A stretch of DNA of 64,000 bases from a plasmid. Under the pieces are notes generated by a model, which worked only from the letters and a program-made list of their open reading frames with translations, made no database searches and had not been told where the DNA came from. Both the position numbers and the translations under genes were made by a program. Shown one piece after another: positions 27,402-36,112 of the stretch. Numbering within the stretch: the stretch's first letter is position 1; each line of letters begins with the position of its first letter. The DNA is taken from the sequence record NZ_CP025192.1; one strand, 5' to 3'.

Positions 27402-28199
27402 CTAGGAAGGGGCGATGCGAACGGGGCTGTCGTGATACCCCGCTGCCGGGGCAAGGACGACGGGCTCCATGTTGTCGAGCAGCTGGCTCGTGGCCGACAG
27501 GACGTTGAACAACACAGGGGTGAACCAGGGCCGCGTCTCGAAACTCTCGCAGAATTCCAGGCCGCAGAGGAGCACGGCGGCCAAGGCGGTGATACCCGCG
27601 ACGGTGATCGGCGCGGCGAGGGCGAGCTCGTCCAGAACCTCGTCCAGAGGTCGCTGAGCATCGAGGTAGGCCTGCTCCTCGGCGGCGACGTCGCCGGCAC
27701 CTGCCCGCATGAGCGAGCATGCCTGCCGCGAGAGCGCCACGAGATGCAGATCCGCCGACCTGTCGTTCGCTGCCTCGATCACAGCGGCGTCTGACAGAAT
27801 TCGTGACAGGTGAGCATCGAGCGCCACCATGTGGGCGGTCGTCAGAGCCGCGAGACCCTCGTCCGGCTCCTCGTCCCGCCGCATCGAGCAGAGGGTGAGC
27901 AGAATGTCGCTTTGCAGGAGCAGTCCCCGCGCCGAGGTGGGCGACAGGCTCGCCGCATGAAACACAGCGCGTCCCAATCTCTTCTCGACCGCGATATGCG
28001 AGGCGCTGTCTGACTCGCCCTCGTTCGGCCCCGCCCTGCGACGAACCGTCGCCGCCTGGCGGCTCCAATGTTCCCGGACCTGTCCCAGCAGGGCGATTTC
28101 ACGGCGCAGGCTCTCCAGTGCCCATTCGTCGCCGCGTGTACCGATCGGGCCGGGGAAGGTCGTGATCTTCTGTCCGGCCCTGGTCGGGAACATGGTCAC
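27402..28199 (-). CDS. Hypothetical protein with a C-terminal TM segment (265 aa).
   Basis: ORF track; high GC3; 4-nt overlap with the upstream ORF. Confidence 0.3.
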   Translation of the reverse strand: MTMFPTRAGQKITTFPGPIGTRGDEWALESLRREIALLGQVREHWSRQAATVRRRAGPNEGESDSASHIAVEKRLGRAVFHAASLSPTSARGLLLQSDILLTLCSMRRDEEPDEGLAALTTAHMVALDAHLSRILSDAAVIEAANDRSADLHLVALSRQACSLMRAGAGDVAAEEQAYLDAQRPLDEVLDELALAAPITVAGITALAAVLLCGLEFCESFETRPWFTPVLFNVLSATSQLLDNMEPVVLAPAAGYHDSPVRIAPS

Positions 28200-28741
28200 G
28201 CGGCCCTCCCGGCCAGGCTGGTGCGGCCAGCCGTGGCGGCGTCGTCAGGGAAGATGGCGGCTTCGGCCGGCATCCAGGCGTCTGGTTCGCACGACGACAT
28301 CGCCCTGGAACCCGAACTGTGTCCGCAGCAGGATGAGCAGCCGATCGAGACTGCGGAAGGAACGGCGTACTGCCGTCTCACTGTCGCTGAGGACATGCCA
28401 GTCCGGGTGCCAACTGCCGACAACATAAACCGTGAAGATGTTGCCGCCATCGGCCGCTGGCTCTTGCTCGACCAACACGGAACGGAGGTAGCGACCGCTG
28501 CATAGCAAATGCCGCAGTTGACTGAAAAGGATCGGGGGAGGCCCGACGAGTGGTTGGACCCCCTCGGAGGGAACGGCGCGGTCGGCTCGACCATCGGATC
28601 CTGTGCCTTGAGTGTCGTTGCCGCGTCCCGCCATGCCGACAGAATGCGCGCCCATGTTACGTGCGACCAGTGCTGGAAATGCGCGTCTATCGCCGAGTGC
28701 TCATCCGCTTCGTCGGCTGAAGGCACCACCTGCGTCGTCAC
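28196..28741 (-). CDS. Hypothetical Ser/Cys-rich protein (181 aa).
   Basis: High GC3 in this frame; 4-nt overlaps with both neighbours. The composition is odd, so this call is tentative. Confidence 0.25.
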   Translation of the reverse strand: MTTQVVPSADEADEHSAIDAHFQHWSHVTWARILSAWRDAATTLKAQDPMVEPTAPFPPRGSNHSSGLPRSFSVNCGICYAAVATSVPCWSSKSQRPMAATSSRFMLSAVGTRTGMSSATVRRQYAVPSAVSIGCSSCCGHSSGSRAMSSCEPDAWMPAEAAIFPDDAATAGRTSLAGRAA

Positions 28742-29247
28742 ACATCAGCAATGGCGTGGAGCACTGATGCCAGCGATGGATAGCGTCGGCTGTCCCCATC
28801 GAATTCATCGAGCTGCCAGCCACCTTCTGTGGGGTAGGCGATCCAGCTCGGCGTGCCGTCGAGGTCGCCGATCTCGACGACCTTCGAGGCATGTTGACCC
28901 GGCTCGGGGATGCGTGCCCGTAGCCCCCAAGGCTCGGCCCCCGGATTCCAACGCGCGATTTCAGCATGATGCCGGCAGCCAAGCGCCTCGTTCGAGCAGA
29001 TGGCACGCGTGGCTCCCGTGGAATCAACGCAGTAGAGGGCGAAGAGATTGGCATTAACCCCAATACGCTCCGTCGGCACGGTGCGATTTAATAGAAATGT
29101 CCTTAGATTGTTGGTCCAGAATCCCATGCCGTCTTGTCCCACTTCAAACTTATTCAATGAGTTGATAGCGGGTAACGCAAGCTGAACACTCGTAGCAACG
29201 ACAAAAAACCTGATCCAAAAATAAGAATTTGTGTAAAACTGCGCCAT
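28738..29247 (-). CDS. Hypothetical protein (169 aa); the start may be internal (M41).
   Basis: The N-terminal 40 codons lie in an AT-rich tract with atypical codon usage, while the rest is GC-rich; first gene after the AT-rich divergent promoter region. Confidence 0.3.
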   Translation of the reverse strand: MAQFYTNSYFWIRFFVVATSVQLALPAINSLNKFEVGQDGMGFWTNNLRTFLLNRTVPTERIGVNANLFALYCVDSTGATRAICSNEALGCRHHAEIARWNPGAEPWGLRARIPEPGQHASKVVEIGDLDGTPSWIAYPTEGGWQLDEFDGDSRRYPSLASVLHAIADV

Positions 29248-29314
29248 TCCACGAGAAAGTCACTGCTCCGAGCGAAGCTATACATTCCTTCCCAGTGAGG
29301 GTTGCTCATACCTA

Positions 29315-30595
29315 GTGGCGATTTTAAGGTTATGCGCGAAGGACGGAGAGATAGGCCGCGTGAAGAAGGCAAATCGCACACATACTCACGGAATTGTGAC
29401 ATCGTTCGGGCGCTCCCCGGTTGCGGTCGATGCTGTCCGTGGCTGCCTCGACGACATGCGTCAGCATTGCGATGCTCCGCCAACGCTGGTTCTTCTCTTC
29501 GGGGGTGGAAAGCTGGAGCCGGAGGTGCTCCTGGAGACTCTCAACCAGACGCTTCCGGGTGTTCCCGTCATCGGCGGATCCGCCGCCGGCGTGATCGCGA
29601 CGTCAGCGTTGGGCTGCACCGGCCTCGAAGTCGGGATGGTCGCCTTTTTCGATCCGGCGGTCACGCCGAAGGTCCATGCGACCTATGAGCTGTTGGAGAG
29701 TGACTACGAGGCGGGCCGACAGTTGGGGATGTCGGCACGCGGCACCCACGCGCCGGCATCCGCCGTGCTGCTCTTCTACGACAGTGTCCGCGCCTTCCAA
29801 CCACGTCAGCTGCACCTTGCCGGCTCCGTCCTCGATGGCTTCCGGTCCGGCTGGCAGCGAGAGGCCCTGGTCATCGGTGGCGGTTTGCTGACGGATCTCA
29901 ATCTCTCGGATGGCTGGATGCTGCTGGATGGCAGTGTGCGCCGCCATGCCGCTGCAGCATTGGTCTTTCCTCCCGGCGTCAGCATCTCGACGGAGGTGCT
30001 TCATGCCTGCAGGCCCGTGAGCGCCTACATGACGATCACCAGGATCGAAGGTGCCGAGGTGTTCGAGCTCGATGGCGACCCGGCACTGGACGTCATCGAA
30101 GAGCGCATCGGCCAGCCGCTCGTTGACAGCGCCGGCCATCCCACGCGGATCCTGACACTCGGCGAGAAGCTCGACGATCCCTGGGAAGTCGGATCGCCCG
30201 AGGATTACGTCAACCGGTTGATCCTGACAGGAAACCGCTCTGTCGGAAGCGTCACGCTCTTCGAGCCCGATTTCAGCGAGGGGACGATGGTGCAGCTGAT
30301 GCAGAACGACAGCCAGATCATGCTGGATTCGGCCCGGGACGGCGCACTTGCCGCGATGCAGGCGACTGCGGAGGGCACCGATCCGTTCCTGCGTCTCTAT
30401 ATCGACTGCGCCGGGCGCGCCAGCATGATGAGCGGCACGGAGACCGAGGAGGCCAAGGTGGTGACGGAGACGCTGTCCGATGGCGTGCCGTTCCTGGGCT
30501 TCTATTCCGGCGTCGAGATTGCACCGGTTCGTGGGATCAGCCGCCCGCTCGACTGGACCGGCGTGCTTGCAACCCTGCGGGTGCAGCGGTCGTGA
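29315..30595 (+). CDS. FIST-domain (FIST_N plus FIST_C) sensor protein with no output domain; start codon uncertain (GTG 29315, or internal GTG/ATG).
   Basis: Overall architecture of FIST N- and C-domains (...PTLVLLFGGGKL..., ...ALVFPPGVSIST...); stop overlaps the next gene. Confidence 0.55.
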   Translation: MAILRLCAKDGEIGRVKKANRTHTHGIVTSFGRSPVAVDAVRGCLDDMRQHCDAPPTLVLLFGGGKLEPEVLLETLNQTLPGVPVIGGSAAGVIATSALGCTGLEVGMVAFFDPAVTPKVHATYELLESDYEAGRQLGMSARGTHAPASAVLLFYDSVRAFQPRQLHLAGSVLDGFRSGWQREALVIGGGLLTDLNLSDGWMLLDGSVRRHAAAALVFPPGVSISTEVLHACRPVSAYMTITRIEGAEVFELDGDPALDVIEERIGQPLVDSAGHPTRILTLGEKLDDPWEVGSPEDYVNRLILTGNRSVGSVTLFEPDFSEGTMVQLMQNDSQIMLDSARDGALAAMQATAEGTDPFLRLYIDCAGRASMMSGTETEEAKVVTETLSDGVPFLGFYSGVEIAPVRGISRPLDWTGVLATLRVQRS

Positions 30596-31620
30596 GCCGA
30601 GATCTCAAGAACTCCTTCGAGAAGGAGTTCCTCTACTATCGCCGCTTCTGCGACCGGTTGGGCAAGGACGTCCAACGCCTGCAGGCCGAGCGGGATCGCC
30701 TTGCCCAGGAAGTGAGGCTGCACCTTCTGCAAGGACGCTTCGAGCGCGACCTGAGCCACACGGCGGCCTACGCTCTGGACATCGAGCACCTGACCGAACG
30801 GGTCCTCGACGCCATCGCCCAGCACATGCTCTCAACGAAGGCCCTGATCCTGGCGGAAAGCGAGGCGAGCCGCGGAGAGTTCTGCATCGTCGCATCGCTA
30901 GGCCACGAGGCGGCGGCGCGGAAGCGTGTGTTCACCTTGAACAAGATCCCCGTCCTGGCCCTGATCGAAAAGGATGGTGGCGCTGCGACGGATCTTCGGC
31001 GCTCCCTCGCACCCGTTCTCGATTTCCTGGGTCCTGGCCCATTCATCTGGGAGTACGACGAGGAAAGCGGCTACGCGGTTGCTATCCTCGGCAGCATCGG
31101 CCAGAGCGAGGAGATATTCTGCCAACAGGCGGAGGAGTTGTCGCATACCGCGCTGACAGGTCTGGTGCATGGTCTGTGGCGCCTGCGTGCGCGTGAGGCC
31201 GTCGCCTCAGAGACCACTAATGGCCAGGGTCTGGCTGCCCAACCGCTCGGGGAGGTGCAGCGTTCCGATGATAGGAGCTCCGGGCCAAGCATGGATCCCG
31301 GTCGCCCGACGATCCGGGAGAGCGAGATCACGGCACAGCTCGGCCTGGGCGGAACGATCCTCGACGTCACGGTTCTGGCGCAGGCGGATGGCGAGTTTCG
31401 GCTGCTGCTGCGTCCGAGCTGGGGGCGTGGCTTTCGTTGCGTCGCGACCTATCGACGGAACAGCGACCGTACCTACAAGGACTTCAGCCGGCTTCTGGCC
31501 TTCGTGCGCGGCGTCTGCCGCTACCATGGCCCTCTACGTGTGCTGGAGGATAGCGAGCCGGAGGTGCCTGTGCATCAGGTGTCGGGCATGATCTTCAACA
31601 CCGGAACGAAACCGAATTGA
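30592..31620 (+). CDS. Hypothetical protein translationally coupled to the FIST gene (342 aa).
   Basis: 4-nt overlap with the FIST stop; N-terminal coiled coil; no recognised output domain. Confidence 0.4.
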   Translation: MSRDLKNSFEKEFLYYRRFCDRLGKDVQRLQAERDRLAQEVRLHLLQGRFERDLSHTAAYALDIEHLTERVLDAIAQHMLSTKALILAESEASRGEFCIVASLGHEAAARKRVFTLNKIPVLALIEKDGGAATDLRRSLAPVLDFLGPGPFIWEYDEESGYAVAILGSIGQSEEIFCQQAEELSHTALTGLVHGLWRLRAREAVASETTNGQGLAAQPLGEVQRSDDRSSGPSMDPGRPTIRESEITAQLGLGGTILDVTVLAQADGEFRLLLRPSWGRGFRCVATYRRNSDRTYKDFSRLLAFVRGVCRYHGPLRVLEDSEPEVPVHQVSGMIFNTGTKPN

Positions 31621-31816
31621 CGGCTGTGCAGTCAGCAATTTTCTCTTGCGGTGGATCGCGCCTCTTTATGCGAACGACCCAGTGAAAGTCACAAGGTTTG
31701 CGGCGATTGGGCATGCGGCTTCGATCTCATGTCCTGGGGCCGAGCTGTGTCCTGCTGCTGGCGCCGTGCCATGGTCCTTTCCAGAGGGAAGCCGTAGGCA
31801 CCTCAGGCGGTCCCAC

Positions 31817-32646
31817 GGCATTGTCACGTTGGCCAGCTCTGGCTGGAACGAACTCGTCAGGCGAAGCTGGCGGCATGCCGTCCGAGCCCACCACCTACCC
31901 CGGCTACCGTTTCCCGGCCGAGGTCATCCAGCATGCTGTCTGGCTCTACCACCTGTTCAGCCTGAGCCTACGCGACATCGAGCTGATCCTGGCCGAGCGG
32001 GGCGTGGTGGTCAGCTACGAGAGTATCCGTCGCTGGTGCCTCCGCTTCGGCACGGAGTTCGCGGCCAAGCTGCGCAAGCGGCGGCCAAGACCGGGCGACA
32101 CCTGGCACATGGATGAAGTTTACCTGAAGATCAACGGCGAGCTCTTTTATCTCTGGCGCGCGGTGGATCAGCACGGAGTCGTGCTCGACATCCTGGTGCA
32201 GGAGCGCCGCAATGCCACGGCCGCCAAACGCTTCTTCAAGCGCCTGCTGGTGGGCCTCCAGTATAGACCCCGCAAGATCGTCACCGATGGGCTCCGCAGC
32301 TATGGCGTTGCACAGCGAGAGGTCCTACCCGGTGTGCAGCATCGGACCAGCCGCTACCTGAACAATCGTGCCGAGAATTCCCATAGGCCGACCCGACGTC
32401 GAGAACGCGCGATGCAGCGCTTCAAGTCAGCCGGGCAAGCCCAGCGGTTTTTGTCGGCGCACGCGATGATCTATGGCCACTTCCGTCCGCGGCGGCACCT
32501 GATGGCCGCCGATCAATACCGGCGCGAGCGCTCCAAGGCCTTTCGGATCTGGCGGCAGGAGACGTGTGCCCATATGGCGGCGTAAGGTCACGCAAACTCC
32601 GCCTCGCGGTCAAACTTGCTCGGTCCCCAAACAACGTGACAATGCC
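31817..32646 (+). mobile_element. IS6-family insertion sequence (about 830 bp) with 16-bp terminal inverted repeats GGCATTGTCACGTTGG / CAACGTGACAATGCC.
   Basis: Inverted repeats found at both ends; single transposase ORF; size equals IS26-like elements (820 bp). Confidence 0.7.
31875..32585 (+). CDS. tnp: IS6-family DDE transposase (236 aa).
   Basis: ...HMDEVYLKINGELFYLWRAVDQHGVVLDILVQERRNATAAKRFFKRLL... matches the IS26/IS6 transposase core; start MPSEPTTYPGYRF. Confidence 0.75.
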   Translation: MPSEPTTYPGYRFPAEVIQHAVWLYHLFSLSLRDIELILAERGVVVSYESIRRWCLRFGTEFAAKLRKRRPRPGDTWHMDEVYLKINGELFYLWRAVDQHGVVLDILVQERRNATAAKRFFKRLLVGLQYRPRKIVTDGLRSYGVAQREVLPGVQHRTSRYLNNRAENSHRPTRRRERAMQRFKSAGQAQRFLSAHAMIYGHFRPRRHLMAADQYRRERSKAFRIWRQETCAHMAA

Positions 32647-32926
32647 CGGGCGTCTGAAGCGAAGCCGTGTGCCGAAGCCGTGCAACGACCGCGAGCTCTA
32701 CCGGAGAGCGCTGGACGAGGTTGTACGAGAGCTGGAGACGCGGTGGCCGGAATCGACAGCCCGGCCTCGCTCTCTCAAGCCCGCGCAGTGGCCTATGGCG
32801 GGAGATTGAGGCTGCCTGGAGGCCATCGGCCGCCTGGTGAGCAGCCTCGCGCCCTCTGCGACGGAAACCGGTCTCGTGGCTCATCGGGTGAGGCTGCCGA
32901 TCGCGCCCTGCAACATGACGCTTTCC

Positions 32927-32996
32927 TCGGACGGCATGCCGCCAGCTTCGCCTGACGAGTTCGTTCCAGCCAGAGCTGGCCAACGTGACAATGCCG
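32927..32996 (-). repeat. Inverted solo copy of the IS6 left end (about 70 bp: the inverted repeat plus the first 11 nt of tnp), marking a second, deleted IS6 copy.
   Basis: The sequence 32927-32996 is the reverse complement of 31806-31886 (about 62 of 62 identical up to ATGCCGTCCGA, then diverges). Confidence 0.6.
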
Positions 32997-32999
32997 CAA

Positions 33000-33507
33000 C
33001 GGGCCCTCTCGTAAAGGCGGCTGTCGGTCGGATGCGCGATGGCCTTCTCCATAACGGTGGTGTCCACCGCGATCTCGGACAGGCTGCGCGACGTCACGGC
33101 CCCGCAGGCACGACCCGCCTCGATAGTCTTGGTAAGCAGCCACTCCACGCCCTCCTCGCCGATGCGGCCGCGCCAGCGGCTGAGCGAGGAGGGGTGAATG
33201 GGCGGGCGGTGCTGGAAGCAGGTCTCGCCAGTGAAGTGCTGGAAGTACGGGTTCTCCACCCATCGGGCGAGCACCGCCTCGTCCGAAAGGTTGAAGGCGT
33301 GCTGCAGGTACATCAGCCCCGCCACCAGGCGCGGATGGGTGGCGGGCCGTCCCTCACCAGCTGGAAAGAAGCCCGCCCACTCCCGCTCGAACCATGGCCA
33401 GTCGATCAACCCGGCGAGCCGGACCAGCTCATGCCGTCCATCGATCATGTCGACCAGCCGTGGCCGCAGCAGGTCGGCCTGTTCCAAAGGGCGGGGACGA
33501 TGCTTCA
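33000..33507 (-). pseudogene. IS5/IS1182-family transposase gene, N-terminal fragment (DUF772 region) truncated by the IS6 fragment.
   Basis: ...LMYLQHAFNLSDEAVLARWVENPYFQHFTG... (DUF772 signature) and ...VDTTVMEKAIAHPTDSRLYE...; the reading frame runs directly into the IS6 end sequence. Confidence 0.5.
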
Positions 33508-33627
33508 TGCCCGCCAGAATCGCAGGATTATCGCATGGTTCCAACTGATCCCTGCAATTCCGGAGCGCCCAAACCAACAATTCTCCCAAGCAAATCAGTG
33601 CCCGGGAGCTTGTTCAGACCCGACGAC

Positions 33628-34814
33628 CACACTACACGACAGTGATGGCTGGGAGGTCAGGGATGAGTTGAAATGGAGGATTCATCCCTCGCGCAGAAGG
33701 ATCCTGGCCATGACTGCTCTGCCCGGCTCTCTCATGTCGACGCTATCGTCGCATCTGGCCCTGAGCAGCAGCCGCCTGGAAACGATGGTGGTGATCATCC
33801 TGGGGCTGGTGAACGGCCGCACCGTGAACCTGAGCCACATCGCCAGCCAGTTTTCCGGGCCGGCGCGTCTTTCCTCCAATTACCGTCGTCTGCAGCGTTT
33901 CTTCCAGTTCGTGCGGCTCGACGAAGCATGGCTTGCCCGCACCCTGATCGGACTTTTGAACCTGCGCGCACCGTTCACGCTATGTCTGGACCGGACCAGC
34001 TGGAAGGTGGGTGCGAAGGACATCAACCTTCTGGTGCTGGCGATTGCCGCGCGTCGGGTGCGCATCCCCATCCTGTGGAGCGTGCTTGCGGCGGGCTGCA
34101 GCAGCACCACTGACCGCAAGGACCTGATGACGCGCTACCTGGCCATATTCGGCGCGGGCTCGATCGATACCCTGCTTGCCGACCGCGAGTTCGTCGGCAA
34201 TCACTGGTTCGAGTTCCTGCTGGGCAACGACATCCCTTTCGCGATCAGGGTCAAGGAGAACCTTGACGTCGTTCTGGATGACGGCCGCAAAGCCGCGCTT
34301 GCCTCCCTGACCAGACACAAGAGGACGCGCCTTCAACTGGCCGGCCACAAAGGACACTTCGCGGGAATGAGTGCGGCCTACGCCAGAACGATGGCGTTCG
34401 TTGCCAAACGACGCGAAGACGGCACCATGATCGTCATCGCCACCAATCGCGAGCCGAAAACTGCCTTGTCCATCTACAGGAAGCGCTGGCAGATCGAATG
34501 CCTCTTCTCCGATACCAAGACGCGGGGCTTCAACATGGAGGACACCAGGATCACCCGTCCTGCCAAGTTGCACCTGCTTGTCGCCATGGTCACGCTGGCT
34601 CTGGCATGGGCTCATGCCTGCGCATCACGGAGCAAAGGCCGGACCAACATTGAAACGGCAGGTCATGGCTACCGGCGAAAGTCCTGGTTCCGCACCGGCC
34701 TCGACATCCTCCGGCATTGGATCCTCACACAGCCAGGCGCCGCCCAAGACCTTTGGCAACATATCTGGGCTCAAGCCAAATACAGGTCGTTCAGAACCAG
34801 CGTCGTGTAGTGTG
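33628..34814 (+). mobile_element. IS4-family insertion sequence (1187 bp) with 13-bp inverted repeats (CACACTACACGAC / GTCGTGTAGTGTG) and a 9-bp target-site duplication CCCGACGAC.
   Basis: Perfect 9-bp direct repeats at 33619-33627 and 34815-34823 flank the inverted repeats; one transposase ORF. Confidence 0.65.
33710..34810 (+). CDS. tnp: IS4-family DDE transposase (366 aa).
   Basis: ...LADREFVGNHWFEFL..., ...YRKRWQIECLFSDTKTRGFNMEDT... (the YREK region typical of IS4/IS10-type transposases). Confidence 0.7.
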   Translation: MTALPGSLMSTLSSHLALSSSRLETMVVIILGLVNGRTVNLSHIASQFSGPARLSSNYRRLQRFFQFVRLDEAWLARTLIGLLNLRAPFTLCLDRTSWKVGAKDINLLVLAIAARRVRIPILWSVLAAGCSSTTDRKDLMTRYLAIFGAGSIDTLLADREFVGNHWFEFLLGNDIPFAIRVKENLDVVLDDGRKAALASLTRHKRTRLQLAGHKGHFAGMSAAYARTMAFVAKRREDGTMIVIATNREPKTALSIYRKRWQIECLFSDTKTRGFNMEDTRITRPAKLHLLVAMVTLALAWAHACASRSKGRTNIETAGHGYRRKSWFRTGLDILRHWILTQPGAAQDLWQHIWAQAKYRSFRTSVV

Positions 34815-35198
34815 CCCGACGACGTAGTGCGGGTCTCCGCGGAGTTCGTGCTCCGCCTCGGTCAGTGCGAAGCGTGCCAGGATGCGGTCCATCCAGGGCT
34901 GTGTACGTAGCTTACGGTCGGCATAGATCACGAAGCGCCGCGTCGGGATGTGATAGACGACACGTCCGCGCGGCCACTCCTCATACTCCGACCAGAGCGG
35001 TGCGCCCGGCAGTCCGAGGCGACGCAGGCCTGACGCTCCCATCCTGGCCAGCTTCGTCCAGTATTCGTAGTGGCCGCCATGGGTCAGGAACTCCCCGTAG
35101 GTTTCTCCGCCCGCAAGCGGCACGAGGTCGACCAGCAATGCTGGCTGCTGGCCAGCTCCGACGATGCCCCAGAAGATGCCGATGGAGGGTTGCGTCAT
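34791..35198 (-). CDS. Hypothetical protein (135 aa) whose last codons were replaced by the IS4 insertion.
   Basis: The ORF's 3' end (about 8 codons) lies inside the IS4 right inverted repeat; reconstruction across the target-site duplication gives an alternative C-terminus. Confidence 0.35.
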   Translation of the reverse strand: MTQPSIGIFWGIVGAGQQPALLVDLVPLAGGETYGEFLTHGGHYEYWTKLARMGASGLRRLGLPGAPLWSEYEEWPRGRVVYHIPTRRFVIYADRKLRTQPWMDRILARFALTEAEHELRGDPHYVVGHTTRRWF

Positions 35199-35306
35199 CC
35201 GGGCTTCCTGCCGCGGGTCACCCTTCCGCGATCCGCAATGTGCCCTGATCCCGGCTGTGGATCACTCCGGACAGGGGGCGAGGATCCGTGGGGCGACGGA
35301 AGCGGC

Positions 35307-36035
35307 TCAAGCTTGCCATCCCCGCATCCTGTCGCGCGCCTGCGCGATCTTCTCCCTGGCTCTGTCCGTCAGGGGCCAGCCCCTGCTCACCCTTGGGCTC
35401 GGATGGGGCAGCCCCAGCATCGCGCAGGAATGCTGGCCGTACTCGCCGAGGTCGAAGGTCACCTTCTCTTCCCATTGCCCGTCCGCCGACTGGTCCGCAT
35501 CGGACGGCACCCAGTGTACGTCGTACCTTCGACCCTGACCTGGCCTGGGATGACGCAGGAGTGCCAGTGCGCTGAGCGCCTCGCCGTTGCCCAGGCAGAC
35601 CACCACGGCCGGGCGCACCACATGCAGGAGGAACCGGTGCACCGGCCAGCAGTGCTGCCACCACAGGTCCCACGGTCTTTCCAGCGCGCCCGCGTCGTTC
35701 GACTTCACGAAAAGGGCGTTGGTGGAGAGGGTTTTCCGTGGATCGACGTTCAGTTCCTTGAAGACCGAGCAGATCCTGCTCTGCAATATGCTGTGGCCTG
35801 AGCCACCGTAGTTGTCGTCGACCCATTCGTTCCACGCGACCTTTCCCCGTGACCGCTCGATCGATGCCCCGATCGTGAGGCTCTCCGCCGTACCGTCGCC
35901 CTCGGCACTGCCGCCCGGATTGAAGCCCATGACATACAGCGGGCCGGGCACGAGCGTGTCGGCGCCGCTGACCAGAACGGCGCCAGGCTTTTCGGCGATG
36001 CCGCTCAGCAGTTCGGCGATAGTGTCGAGATGCAT
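35307..36035 (-). CDS. Uracil-DNA-glycosylase-superfamily protein (242 aa).
   Basis: Motif-B-like LGLPHPSPRVSRGW and motif-A-like VMGFNPGG; ATG 36035. Confidence 0.45.
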   Translation of the reverse strand: MHLDTIAELLSGIAEKPGAVLVSGADTLVPGPLYVMGFNPGGSAEGDGTAESLTIGASIERSRGKVAWNEWVDDNYGGSGHSILQSRICSVFKELNVDPRKTLSTNALFVKSNDAGALERPWDLWWQHCWPVHRFLLHVVRPAVVVCLGNGEALSALALLRHPRPGQGRRYDVHWVPSDADQSADGQWEEKVTFDLGEYGQHSCAMLGLPHPSPRVSRGWPLTDRAREKIAQARDRMRGWQA

Positions 36036-36112
36036 GCCCTGTCTTCCGGTATCTGTTGGGACGGTTGGTTCAACGCGCCGCTCGCGCCGATCGGTGAAGC
36101 CGCCTTCATACC

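Noticed and set aside
28245-28655. Alternative minus-strand ORF (136 aa) in a different frame from 28196-28741.
   Set aside because: The 28196-28741 frame has 4-nt overlaps with both neighbours and high GC3. The two cannot both be real, and the choice remains low-confidence.
31660-31675. TTATGCGAACGAC box-like sequence between the FIST-partner gene and the IS6.
   Set aside because: There is no downstream gene in the matching orientation and only 9 of 12 bases match. It is likely chance, or a remnant of a gene displaced by the IS6 insertion.
32837-33709. 291-aa N-terminal extension of the IS4 transposase ORF (a 657-aa ORF).
   Set aside because: The extension crosses the IS4 inverted repeat and target-site duplication and runs antisense through the IS5-family remnant. 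The transposase starts at M292 inside the element.
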